Below are positions 52,267-64,000 of a stretch of DNA of 64,000 bases, piece by piece (position 1 is the first letter of the stretch; each line of letters opens with the position of its first letter). This DNA is from Mobula hypostoma (Eukaryota): positions 38,008,001 to 38,072,000 of the forward strand of contig NC_086097.1 in the NCBI RefSeq assembly GCF_963921235.1. The letters run 5' to 3'. The notes beneath the pieces are model-generated. The model searched no databases. It had not been told where the DNA came from and worked only from the letters and a program-made list of their open reading frames with translations. The position numbers and the translations under genes are program-made.

Positions 52267-55200
52267 GGGCCCCCCTGTCTAGGCGCAGCCCCTGAGGTGC
52301 CATAGACCTGTGTCCGCTTAAGTCCCAGAGTGACTTGTCCAAGGTGTCCTTCGCCGGAATCCAAGTATGTTCTTCTGGGCCATACCCTTCCTAGTCCACA
52401 AGGTACTGGACCTTACCACGTACCTGATGAGATGCCAGGAGGTGCCGCACAGTATAGACAAGGGAACCATCTTCCAGGCAGGGAGGAGGGGGAAGTGGTG
52501 TGACTGGGGCCAGGGTAGAGGTAATAACTGGCTTGAGCTGGGAAATATGGAATACTGGGTGGATCTTCAGTGATGCTGGTAGACACAATCTATCGGACAC
52601 CTTGTTGACAGCCTTTTCCACTACAAGCGGTGCCAATTTTCGGTTCTCGACTTTCAGGGGAAGATCGCTTGATGCCAACCAGACCTCCTCTCCTGGCTTG
52701 AATGGCCTTATCTGTAGATGGAGCTAATCAGCCTGCCGGGAATGTTGTTTCTGGGCATGCAGCAGAGAAGCCCTGGCTCGTCTCCAAGTGCGCTTGTAGC
52801 GCTGGATCAGCTTTTCAGCAGCAGGAACTCCTACGTCGATTACCTGATCAGGGAAGAGCAAGGGCAGGAATCCCTTCTGGCATTCAAAGGGAGACATACC
52901 AGTGGACGACAACTGGAGGTTATTGTGGGCAATCTCTGCCCAAACCATTTGGGAGCTCCAGGACGTGGGGTTGGAAGACACAAGACAGCACAGGGTTGTC
53001 TCCAACTCCTGGTTCACTCTCTCAGTCTGGCCATTAGATTGGGGGTGAAAGCCAGATGAGAGGCTGGCCGTGGCTCCTACAAGAAAGCAGAAAGCCTTCC
53101 AAAAGCGAGAAGTGAGCTGTGGTCCACGATCAGACACGATGTCTTGGAGAAAGCCATGGAGACTGAACACATGTTGAACCATGAGTGTGGCAGTGTCACG
53201 AGCCGATGGGAGCTTGGGGAGGGCAATGAAGTGGGTAGCCTTGGAAAATCGATCCACAACGACCAAAATGGTGGTGTTTCCATTAGACGGGGCAGACCAG
53301 TGATGAAATCTGCTAAGAGGTGGGACCAGGGGCAGTAGGGCACAGGCAGTGGACATAACAGACCCGCAGGACGCTGGTGTGATGTCTTGTTCCAAGCGCA
53401 GGTGTGACAGGCAGATACAAAGTCGTGGACATCCTGGGACATAGATGGCCACCAAAATTGTCTCTATATAAACTCCTGAGTCCATTGAATTCCCAGATGT
53501 CCAGCCGGACAGGAGGAGTGACCCCATTCCAACACTTTGGAACGCACGGCAGCAGGGACAAACAGCCAGTTGGGAGGAACCCCATTCAGGCCTGGATTTG
53601 ATTGTTGGGCGGCCCTCACCTCTTCCTCTATTCCTCAGATCACCGGAGCAGTGATACATGAGCGAGGAAGAATGGGCTCTGGATCATCATTGTCCTCAGA
53701 TCCGTTGAACTGCTGGGAGAGAGCGTCGGTCTTTGTATTCTTGCTGCCGGGATGATAAGTGAGGATGAAATTGAACTGTGTGAAGAAGAGAGCCCACTTG
53801 GCTAAATGAGAGTTGAGTCTCTTAGCATCCTGAATATAGGAGAGATTCTTGTGATCTGTCCAGACCAAGAATGGATGGTCTGCCCCCTCCAGCCAGTGTC
53901 GCCATTCCTCCAGGACATCCTTGACAGCCAGAAGCTCCTGGTTCCCAACATCGTAATTCCTCTCAGCTGGAATCAAGCGACGGAAAAGAAAGGCACAAGG
54001 GTGCAGCCGGCTATCCGCAGACGAACGCTGAGAGAGGGCAGCTCCAATGCCTACATCAGATGCATGCACCTCGACAATGAATGGCTAAGATAGATCTGGG
54101 TGTTGCAGCAGGAGAGCAGTGGTGAAATGTCGCTTTAGCTCGGAAAATACTTGGTCGGCATCGTCCGTCCAATGGAATCCTGCTGAGGTCTTCATGGTGA
54201 GTGCATTAATTGAAACCGTGATAGAGCTGAAATTCTGGATGAAGCAGCGATAAAAATTCGCAAACCCCATGAAATACCGTACCTGTTTGACTGTAGATGG
54301 TTTGGGCCTTTCTGCAACTGCCTGTACTTTGCTCGGGTCCATTTGAACACTGGATGGGGTAAGCATATAGCCCAAAAATGACACCAGGTCTTTAAGGAAC
54401 TCACATTTTTCAGGCTTGGTGTTCAGGTTATTTTCAAGAAGGCGTCTGAGTACTCTCCGGACATGCTAGACGTGATCCTGTTGAAAGCAGGAATAGATAA
54501 GGATGTCATCTAAATACACAAACGCAAACTGGTTCAACATGTCCCTGAGCACATCGTTAACCAAGGCCTGGAATACAGAGGGGGCATTGCCCAGACCAAA
54601 AAGCATCACCAGGTATTCATAGTGGCCAATAGAGGTGTTGAAAGCCGTCTTCCACTCATCCCCTTCTCTTATGCGAATCAGATTGTAAGCATTGCGCAGA
54701 TCAGTTTTGGAGAATATGGTTGCTCCCTGGAGATGTTCAAATGCAGACGCCAGCAAGGGAAGAGGGTAGCGGTTCTCCACAGTGATGTTGTTCAGGGCTG
54801 ATAATCGGTGCAGGGATGGAGCTTACCATCTTTCTTGCTCACAAAAAAGAAGCCTGCTGTTGCCGGTGAGACTGACGGACGGATAAACCCCATGCTCAAT
54901 GCCTCCTTGATGTATTCCTCCATGGCCACCATTTCTGGATGAGAGAGGGAAAACAGCTGGCCCCAGGGAGGACTAGTGCCAGGTAGGAGGATTGTGGCAC
55001 AGTCATATGGCCGGTGTGGGGGCAGGGTGGTGGCTTTTCTTTTACTGAAAACCTCAAGGAGATCTGCGTATTCAGCTGGAATCCCAGACAGGTCCACATC
55101 CTTAGCTGACACTGGAGAGGATTCATGGAATGGAGCTTGAGCTGGACCCAGAGAGGTAGACAGGCATGCTGGCCCCCACTTTTGGAGTACCTTCGGAGAC

Positions 55201-56677
55201 CAATCGATCAGTAGGTAGAGTCGGGATAACCAGGGGAGACCAAGTACCAGTGGTAGTTCAGGTGAATTAAACAGATAGAAAGATACTTCTTCATGATGGT
55301 TGCCTTCAAGCACCAGTTGGAGGGGTTGGGTGGAAAGGTGGGTCTGGCCAGTTCCCAGAGGTCAACCATCCAGCGCCTTGACGTTCATCTTTTCTCTTAA
55401 TTCCTGAGTTGGAACTTCATGGGTCTGAGACCTCCACGACAAGGAAGCTGCGAGCATTGCTGGATTAGGAGAAGTTGACTGAAGAGAGAACCGACCCATC
55501 AGGATTCCCCTCCCTGCTGACGGGTATTCTCTTTTACTGGGTGCTTGGAACGTGCCGCCCGGAAGTGTCCTGGATCACCACAATAGAGGCAGGAACCGGT
55601 TCTCCAGCGCCGCTCTCATTCCTCCTGAGACAGGTGCATGCACCCCACTTGCATAGGCTCCTCCATGGGCTGGGTGCTGGGTGGTGAGGGAGGGGGAGAG
55701 GGCGAGGAAAGACGATGATTTGAAACATTCTTTCCCTGCGCCACTCAGTTACCCAGCCATCAACTCAAATAGCCAGATTAATCAGGTCATCTAGACTATC
55801 CTGCTCGTCCCGGACAGTGATCTCATGCTGCACCCCGTGTTTAGTTCACGCTGGAAGGCAGTGATGAGAGATGTCTCATTCCAACCTGTCTCTACTGCAA
55901 GGGTACGGAATTTGACTGCATAGTTCCTCTGCCTTGGTGCAGGTCCAAGTGTCGGTGGGCAGCCTTCTGACCCCGTTCTGGAAGATCAAAAACCCTCCTC
56001 AACTCTGCTATGAAATGTTGGAACGACTGGGCTGCAGGGTATCCTTGCTCCTGTAAAGCGTTGAACAGGCTGAGTGGAGGTCCGTCAAGAAGATTGACCA
56101 TGTATGCCAATTTTCGCACATCATCACCAAAACGACCAGGCTGGGCTTGGCATGTCAACTTGCATTGGGTACTAAAATTACTGCAGCCATCGGGATCACC
56201 AGAATATCTGTGAGATGGTGGAATACTCGGTTCCTGAACCGTCGTGGGAGTCGGATCTGGTCCAGGAGCAGGAGCATTAGAAGCAGAGATTGTTGGGGCA
56301 GCAGTAAAGGAGGACCTGAGAGATGCTGGGAGTGGGACTGAGGCGGACTGAAGCTGCTGAATTGAGCTGGCGAGAACATTAATGGCTGTCAGCTGATGCT
56401 GGTTGTTCACGGTAAGTTCATGGATGGCGGCCATGAGTGCGGAAATCGCAAACACCTGAGTCTGATTGTCTGTGGTGAGCTGTTGTACAGTTGCAGCTAG
56501 CGATGATACCTCTTCCTCCAAGTGAGACGGGGCTTGTCAGCATGAGGTTATCTGCTGCATTGCCTCTGTAACTTCACTGAGAACAGATTCCATTGCCTGT
56601 AGCTTGTCTCCTACCTGACCAGTGAATCTCACTGCTGCTCTGTCTCTGCTGGGTCCACCTTTGTGTTCGAGTCATGC

Positions 56678-57102
56678 GGTTACCAGGTTCGGATATGGCC
56701 CAAGTTTGGAGTGAGAGACACTGAAGCAGGTCGATAGTTCACAGACTTTAATACGAACAGCGTTAAAGGGAAAAATAAAACAAACGCTGGGCCAAACAGG
56801 GCCATTAACTAAAACTGTCAAAAGGAAAACGAAGGCTACACTGCGGCTGAAAAGAACATCTAAACATTAAACAGATACCGCTAGTCTTCAGAGTCAGTTG
56901 ACTTGAAAGTCCAGTATCTCAGGGAAGGCCGAATGCAAAACAGCAGCGAAGCATTGCTGTGCTCTGTCCAAGTCTCTACAAGTACTACGACAACAAGTAT
57001 GGAGTTAAATACTATCACGATTAAATAATAATTAGCGGACATGTGCAAATTCACAAGTGCAACTGTCGGATCTACTGCGCTGCCGAATCCGTGGTTGTGA
57101 CA
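56678..57102 (-). repeat. 5' LTR of Gypsy element
   Basis: Direct repeat of 51848-52266. TATA-like TATTTAA on the minus strand at ~57005-57011. Confidence 0.93.
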
Positions 57103-57310
57103 CCCAGTTTCCACCCTGGCCTCCAATGCTGCCTGTGTGGAATTTTCACGAGTTTCTTCTACGTGCTCCAATTTCCTCCCACATCCCGAAGACCTACTGG
57201 TTAGCAGGTTTAATAGGTTACTGAAAATGAGTTCTGCTGTAGAGCGCCAGGAGAATCAGAGTGAAACATGAGAGTGAATAGTTTACAAGGGGGCTGAATA
57301 CTGTGCTTTT
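57103..57310 (+). mobile_element. 3' part of a V-SINE split by the Gypsy insertion (5' part ~51805-51847)
   Basis: tgcctcagagctcctgtgacccag | tttccaccctggcctccaatgctgcctgtgtgga..gtgctccaatttcctcccacatcccgaagac joins into one V-SINE. Confidence 0.7.
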
Positions 57311-58089
57311 TCATGGAAATATGAAACAAAACACACATTGTTACTAAAGCTCATAATTTCATCCACTTAAAACAGCAGGCAGGTATTGTGAAAGCATTGT
57401 ACAGTTTAAAAGAAAAGCCAGATTTTCCAAAATTCAAACCAGCAAATTGTACCCACTATGAAAATGAATGAATGTGCTATTGATGAATCTCATTAACGGG
57501 AATATTTCCTCGCTCACTCAGCATTCCTTCACCCTTTATAACTGTTGGCTTCAATCAGTAATCACAGTGCCATTGTTTTAAAGTAGTTCATTGTGTTCGT
57601 TTTTGCCCAACAAAAAACAGATTAGAATCAGATTTAATATCACTGGCATATATCGTGTTTGTTAACTTTGCAGCAGCAATACAATGTGATACATAATAAT
57701 GTAGGGGAAAAAACTGAATTAGAGTAAGTATATATTTAACTATTTGATATAAGTAGTCCATTGTCAGAGAGCATGGAGAGCTTCAGCGCCAATTTTGCCC
57801 AAGACTTTGTGCACTGGTAGGACTTACCGACTTGCAGATCTGACCATTCACCATCTTTTGGCTGATGTCTCAAAGATTCAACCTGCAGGTGCTACAGCTA
57901 GAGTCTGAAAGCACCAAAATCTTTTCAATCCAGTAGTCAATAGAATCGGCAAGTAAACATCCCAGTAACTGCTGATACTTTTAAATGATGGTAGGAGCAA
58001 CTTAATGGGGGGGTGGGATGTAAGGTTGTCCTCCTGCTGCCAAGTGCTTGATCCTCTTTGTATGTTGATCTGTTGATGCCCAGAGTGAG

Positions 58090-58376
58090 AACATTATTAT
58101 TAAATCAGCATTGGCTTCTTTTTCTCACTCTGGCCTTTTACGTCTTCTCACCTGTCTATTACTTGCCCCAGGTACCCTCCTTCCTTTTTTCATATGGTCT
58201 CTCTTCTATCAGATTTCTTCCTCTCCAGCTCTTGAACTTTCCTACCCACCTTGCTTCACCTATCACCTTCAAGCTATCCCCTTTCTTTTCCAGTTTTGAA
58301 TAAAGGGTCTTGGCCTGAAATGTCGACTGTTTATTCATTTCCATAGACGCTGCCTAACCTGCTGAGTTCCTCCAGC

Positions 58377-58410
<34 letters not shown>

Positions 58411-58448
58411 GCTTTGGATTTCCAGCATCTGCAGACTTTCTCGTGTTT
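58090..58448 (+). mobile_element. Penelope pLTR fragment with expanded (TG)n at 58379-58409
   Basis: Same tail as other copies. The hammerhead core is degenerate. Confidence 0.75.
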
Positions 58449-58654
58449 ATGCTTGGCTTTGTGCTGTAACAAAAATAAATATGACTGCGCATTTTTCTTT
58501 AATAGGTCTTTCCTTGCCACTATGGCATGACATACTTTGCGCTGCAGCAATGTGAGATGTATATTCAGCTTCTAGTCAGTAGACCCAAACTATGACTGTT
58601 GCATTGCAAATATTAACATGTTAGTGTTGAATTAAGTTTTATTCTTGTGACTAA

Positions 58655-59835
58655 AGCAGATTTGATTCAAAAAAGTTTAATGTCATTTCCTGTACACAAG
58701 TGTAAAGGGGAATGAAATAATCGTTCCTCTGGATCTGATGCAGGGCAAGAAAGAACACAAAGATAAAGAACACAATTATAATAAACAAGAATAAATATAA
58801 ATACATAAGATAGCTTATATACATTGATTGTATGCCCATAAAGTGATGCTAGGCTGGACATATGGTGATTGACAGGACATAATAAAGTAGTGGTGGAGTT
58901 AGTGGGCGGAGGTGTTGATCAGCCTTATTGCTTGGAGATAACTGTTTCTGAGTCCGGTGGTCATGGTGTAGATACCCTCTTCGTTGATGGGAGTGGGACT
59001 AACAGTCCATGAGCAGAGTGGGTGGGGTCCTTCATGATGTTACTGGCTGTTTTCCAGCACCTTTCTGTATTTATGTCCTTGAAGCCGGGCAGGCTGATGC
59101 CAGTGATGTGTTGGGCAGTTTTGACTACCTGTTGTAGAGTCTTCCTGTCTGCCACGGTGCAGTTTCCGTAACAAGCAGTGATGCATCTTGTCAGGATGGG
59201 CATCTGTAAAATGGCAGGAGCATGGATATGCTAAGTCCAGCTCTCTTCAGCCTCTTTAGAAAGTAGAGGGTTTTGGTGAACTTTCTCGACTGCAGGATAT
59301 GTGCTGGGTCCATGAGAGGTTGTGTGAGACGTGCACTCTCAGGAATTTAAACTGCTTGAAGTTTCCACTGCTGTGCTACCGATATAAAGGCGGGGGGGGG
59401 GGTGAGTTCTCCTGAAGTCGATAACTATCTCCTTTGTTTTGTTGGCATTAAGGAACTTGTTTACCTGGCACCAGGCCTCGAGCTCTTCTACCTCCTCTCT
59501 GAAGGCTGTCTAATCATTGTTGGTGCTGAGCCCAGACACTGTTGTGTCGTCAGCGAATTTGATGTGACTGCTCGGGTATTTGGCCATGCAGTCACGAGTG
59601 AGCAGAGTTTACAGGAATGGGCTCAGCACACAGCCCTGGGGGGGTGGGGGGGTGGGGAGTTGAGAATGATGAGGAGGGGGGAGTGATCGTGCATCTTGCC
59701 TGTCTGAGCTCTGTTGGTTAGGAAGTCCAACAGCCAGTTGCACAGTGATGCATTTAGACTGAGAAGAAGTTTGTTCATCAAATCTGTGGGACAATAGTGT
59801 TCAATGATGAACTGAAACCTAGAAACAGCATTCAA
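58655..59835 (-). mobile_element. Rex1/Babar-like LINE 3' fragment
   Basis: LCNWLLDFLTNR, PQGCVLSPFL, ILT.CITACYGNCT.ADRK.LQ.VVKTAQHITG..KDPTH.AH.L..PLPS. Confidence 0.8.
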
Positions 59836-59847
59836 TTAGTTATTAAA

Positions 59848-60554
59848 TGTAGCCCCCCTGGCAAGCCTCAGGGTCACTCAACTTGCTGTCGTTTAGGGAA
59901 ACAGCCTTCGGCCCTGCCAAACTGGGTAATTAAGTTTGTGTGGATGCTGTGTGATGTACTCCACCTGCCAAATAACAGGCAATACACCATATACGATTAA
60001 ATGAGTTACAGTTTATAGATATTACTGGAACTATATAATTAATAGAGATAAAATATAAAGGGAAAATAAAAGGCGCCACACTTATCAAAGTTCAATCTCT
60101 TGGTGCACAACAGTTGGAGTTCTAGTAACGATCCTCTCTTCACCATTCGATCCCCTCTGACAACCTCGACCTGCCGCCTGGGACCAACCATGGTGGTCGA
60201 CCAGACGCTCCACATGAGTCTGTCTCCGTCTCCTCTCCTCGCCGAAAACCCTGGACTTTGGACTCCTGCTCAGGGTCTGACCCCGTTAACCAGCTCACAG
60301 CATCTTGTCCATTCTCTCTCCATCGCTCCTTCTCCCCAAGAACCTGCGCATCACAATAACTTACACACTAGAAAGAATAACATCTATCCCAATTGGTTAG
60401 TTTGCTCTCTTATCAATAATATAACCAAATCAAGTTGCTAGCAGGAGAACTTCCTCGGCAGTTAACATAACAAAGAAACCATTTTAATTATAACCTAACA
60501 AAGAAGCCATTTTAATTCGCCTACACAGTAACATAAAAGAAGAAACCCCTTACA
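59848..60554. mobile_element. Solo LTR
   Basis: TGTA...TACA termini with 4-bp TSD TAAA (59844-59847, 60555-60558). No internal domain. Confidence 0.7.
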
Positions 60555-61609
60555 TAAATAATATAAGTAATTAGCCATTGGGGGAAGAAAAGTATTTTTT
60601 GGAGGGGCGGGGAATTCATAATATAGTGATGTAATATAAATATAATACTAGGCATTTAAGGTATGATATCGGAAAGCACCTTAAGTGCAAACTGGACCAG
60701 CAGGAGGATGGGAAACACACTGAAAGCTGAAGTTTCCAAATTGGTTAGATCTTTTAGGAATAAAGTTGTTAGCTTTTGTTAACAAAGGTTATTTGAGAAA
60801 CCTTGAGGTTAGGACTGAAGATGCAAATTGTCCTACAGTGTAAAACTGTCCACGTATGTAGTTAATAGAATTTTTATTTTCCAAAGTCCTTTAAATTTTA
60901 ATTCCCTTCAAGGTAAATGTCCAAAGCTCAAGTTCAAAGTGCATTTATTATCAAACTACGTATGTAGCTTTGTCTTCTCACAGACAGCCACAAAACAAAG
61001 AAACATCATCAAACCCATTCAAAGAAAACATCAAATGACCAGAGCGTAAAAACGGTACAAATCACAGAAATGGTGAAAAACACAGAACATAAAACACCAA
61101 ACCACTAAGTCATTGAAACAGTCCAGGAATGTTCAGTTTTTTCAAAGTTACTAAAATATTGCTACCTTTCTTTCATTTGGTGTATTCCAAGTCATAACAC
61201 CTCATTGAATAAAATGTGATTTTGTTTCAATCACCTTAAATCTGAATCCTTTGGTAGCTAACTATCTTGGCCACTTTGTTTAGTTATCTGTTATCTTGAA
61301 CAAGTCTGTGAAATGTTAACAACTTTCTCACCTTTACCCCAGCATCTCTTTTACCTCCAGGTAACCCATCACCACAATCTTCTGTTAAATATATAGTTCA
61401 TTCATTTTCTCAAGCTCTGACATTCTTTCAAAATAATATTGCTTAGAATTGAACACATACTTCTCAGTGGTCATAGGTCTGTTTAGTGTTCAGTAAAGGT
61501 TGAGCATAACTTTGCTGAATTTGTACGTTTTTCTTCCCAGTAAAGCAAAACTGTCATTTAAATGTCTCCCAACTTCTTGTCTTCAGTGATTATTTAACAC
61601 TTTCCCACA

Positions 61610-62255
61610 GTCCAGTTTGCGCAAGTTCAACATGTCACCAAAAACTTCGATAAACTTCTATAGGTGCACAGTGCAGGGTATCCTAACTGGTTGCATCAAG
61701 GCCTGGTATGAAAATACAAATGCTCAGGAGCTGAAAATTCTACAGAAGGTGGTGGATACAGCCCAGCTCATCACAGGCAAAGCACTCCCCACCATTGGGC
61801 GCGTTTACATGGAGCGCTGCCACAAGGAAGCAGCATCCATCATCAAGGACACCCACCATCCAGCCCATGCTCTCTGCTTGCCCCTACCATGGGTAGGAGG
61901 TACAGAAGCCTTGGGTACCACACCACCAGGGTCAGGACCAGTTATTATCATACAACTAGTCAGGATACCAGTTGTATAATGTGATTATCATATTATCATA
62001 CAACTCCTGTATTGGCATGAATAACTTCATTCCCCACAACTCTGAACTGATTCTGTAACCCGCAGACTCACTTTCAAGAACTCCACAACTCATGTTCTAA
62101 GTATTAATGTTTTTTTAATTGTTGTCTTTTGCACATTGTTTGCAAGTTGTTTATAGTTTTTTTTGTAAATTATGCTGTATGTATTTTTTGTAAATGTCTA
62201 CAAGAAATGAGTCTCAAGGTAATACATGTAAACTCATATGTACTTTGACAATAAG
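61610..62255 (+). mobile_element. Rex1/Babar-like LINE 3' fragment
   Basis: NFYRCTVQGILTGCIKAWY..LQKVVDTAQLITG..SIIKD.HHPAH. Confidence 0.8.
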
Positions 62256-62344
62256 AAATTACAGCAGCGTCTTCAATTCCTGAGGGTGAGGTGAGCGAGG
62301 CTCCCTCTCCACTCTCAGTATTTACAAGACCACCAAATCATAAA

Positions 62345-63680
62345 CACAAGGGGTTCTGCTGATGTTGGAAATCCAGAGCGACCCACACAAAATGCTGGAG
62401 GAACTCAGCAGGTCAGACAGCAACATGTGGAAATGTATAAGCAGTTAACATTTTGGGCTGAGACGGGACTGGAAAGGAAGGACAAAGATGCCACAAGGTG
62501 GTCGGGGGCGGGGAGGAGGAGGACAAGCTAGGAGGTGATAGGTAATATCAAGTGGAGGTGTTGAAGTAAGAAGCTGAAGGTGGAAAAGTTAAAAGGCTGG
62601 AGAAGAAGGAATCCGATGGGAGGGGAGATTAGACCATGGGCAAAAGGGAAGGAGGAATGGCACCAGGAGGAGCTGATGGGCAGGTGAGGAGAAGAGGAAA
62701 GTGGCCAGAGTGGGGAAATGAAGTGAGAAGGGGAGGAGAAAAAGTTAACGAAAGTTGGAGAAATTGTTTTCCCAATGGGGAAAACGGCGTGGGTTTTTCT
62801 GGGTGCTCTGGTTTCCTCCCGCAGTCCAAAGATGTTACCAGGTAGATTAATTGGTCATTGTAAATTGTCCTGCACTGTTTTACTAATAAATAAATAATAG
62901 ATAGATAGAAGTTCATGCCATCAGGTTGGAGACTACCGAGATGCAATATGAGGTGTTGCTCCTTCGATCTGAGAATGGCCTCATTGTGCCAGAAGACCAA
63001 GGACCGACATGTCAGAATGGGAATGGGGATAGGAGTTAAGTTGCCACAGGGAAGTCCCACTTTTTGTGAATAGAGCAGAGGTGCTTGACAAAGTGGTCCC
63101 CCAGTCTACTTCGGGTCTCACCAACATAGAGGAAGCGATGTCGGGAGCAGCGGATACAATAGATGACCCCACCCCCCCCAACAGATTTTCAGTTGAAGTG
63201 TTACCTCACCCTGGAAGGACTGTTTGGGGCCCTGAATGGAGGTGAGGGAGGAGATGAATGGGCAGGTGTAGCACTTCTGCTGCTTGCAGGGTTAAGTGCC
63301 GGGAGGGAGATTGTTAGAGAGGGACGATGGGCAAAGGAGTCACAGGGAATGGTTCCTGTGGAAAGTGGAGAGCGTGAGGAGGTAAAGATGTGTTTGGTGG
63401 TCGGGTCCAGTTGAAGATGGCGTAAGTTGCAGAGAATGATGCGTTGGGTGCAGAGGCTCATAGGGTGGTAGGTAAGGACAAGAGAAACTCTATCTCTCTA
63501 TCCCTGTTAAAGCGGCGGGAAGATGGGGTGAGTGTGCATGTCTAGGAAATGGAGAAGGTGTGGATAAGGGCAGCATCAATGGTGGAGGAAGGGAAACCCC
63601 ATTCTTTGAGGAAGGACATTTCTGATGTCTTGGAAAGGAAAGCCTTATCCTGAGAACAGATTCAGCAAAGATGAAGGAAC
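62345..63680 (-). mobile_element. Penelope-like element fragment (V-SINE piece nested at ~62787-62880)
   Basis: IILCNLRHLQLDPTTKHIF and EQHLILHLGSLQPDGMN plus the pLTR tail. Confidence 0.82.
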
Positions 63681-63682
63681 AT

Positions 63683-64000
63683 TTTCTTTCTTTCTTTCTT
63701 TTTAAATCTTTTTATTGAATAAGTATACAAAAGGGTAAGCCATATAGGCACTAATATACTGTTAGAATATAATAAAATTACATGAAATATTAATACAGAA
63801 AAAAAAGTGATACAAACAATGTAATTTAAACATAACATACTAAGGTAATATAAAAGTATACTAATTTTATATATATATATCAATAGAGAAAAGAAAAAAC
63901 CCCCCCCAAAAAAAACCCACCGTGCAACTAAACTAAAAGCAAAGCAAAGCAATGGGCTAACTTGGAACCAAATAGAGTTAAAGAACTTAAAATCACGTCC
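63683..64000 (-). mobile_element. Probable L1-type 3' UTR and A-rich tail running off the window edge
   Basis: Minus strand AATAAA followed by an (aaag)n tail. No ORF within the window. Confidence 0.5.

Larger units (their letters stand above)
51848..57102 (-). mobile_element. Near full-length decayed Gypsy/Ty3 chromovirus (Sushi-like) LTR retrotransposon
   Basis: Two LTRs, TG..CA ends, 5-bp TSD CCCAG (51843-51847, 57103-57107) and a PPT agacagggggg next to the 3' LTR. Gag RYSGDPDGC..F..QC with CLYCGDPGH knuckle; [36 protein letters not shown]; RNase [19 protein letters not shown]; integrase [26 protein letters not shown]; chromodomain YTVRHLL..QYLVD. Many stops and frameshifts. Confidence 0.96.

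Noticed and set aside
55892..56521. Domesticated PEG10/RTL-like gag gene
   Set aside because: It sits inside an LTR-bounded element and is broken by stops and frameshifts, with a degenerate zinc knuckle.
33819..64000. RTN1-C first exon and reticulon-homology-domain exons
   Set aside because: No MQA.ADSTK-like or DLLYWRD-like coding sequence was found by eye. They probably lie beyond the window, though a short exon could have been missed.
1..64000. CRISPR arrays, rRNA/tRNA genes or prokaryotic systems
   Set aside because: The sequence is eukaryotic intron with no regularly spaced repeats. The tRNA-like boxes belong to SINEs.

Overview
Vertebrate intronic DNA. The repeat complement (HE1/V-SINE, CR1, Penelope and Rex1 families) suggests a cartilaginous fish, probably a ray; this is an inference. 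The only host gene is reticulon-1 (RTN1, long A isoform) on the + strand. It has two large acidic exons (26106-26783, 33006-33818) and a probable 39-nt micro-exon (526-564), all phase 1/phase 1. The first exon and the reticulon-homology-domain exons were not found in the window. The rest is intron densely filled with transposon remnants: a near full-length decayed chromodomain Gypsy (Sushi-like) element with both LTRs and a TSD, a solo LTR, a Tc1, a hAT MITE, and RTE, Rex1/Babar, CR1, L1 and Penelope fragments. Four signals stand out. (1) Minimal hammerhead-ribozyme motifs carried by Penelope-derived units, with two core-intact sense copies in one intron whose stem-III segments are mutually complementary. 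(2) An unexplained ~0.9-kb inverted repeat at 6.15-7.0 and 13.5-14.4 kb. (3) A 170-bp inverted templated insertion inside a CR1. (4) A stop-free potential exon circle. Most short ORFs in the track are repeat debris or antisense noise. Repeat boundaries without a stated TSD are approximate and read by eye.
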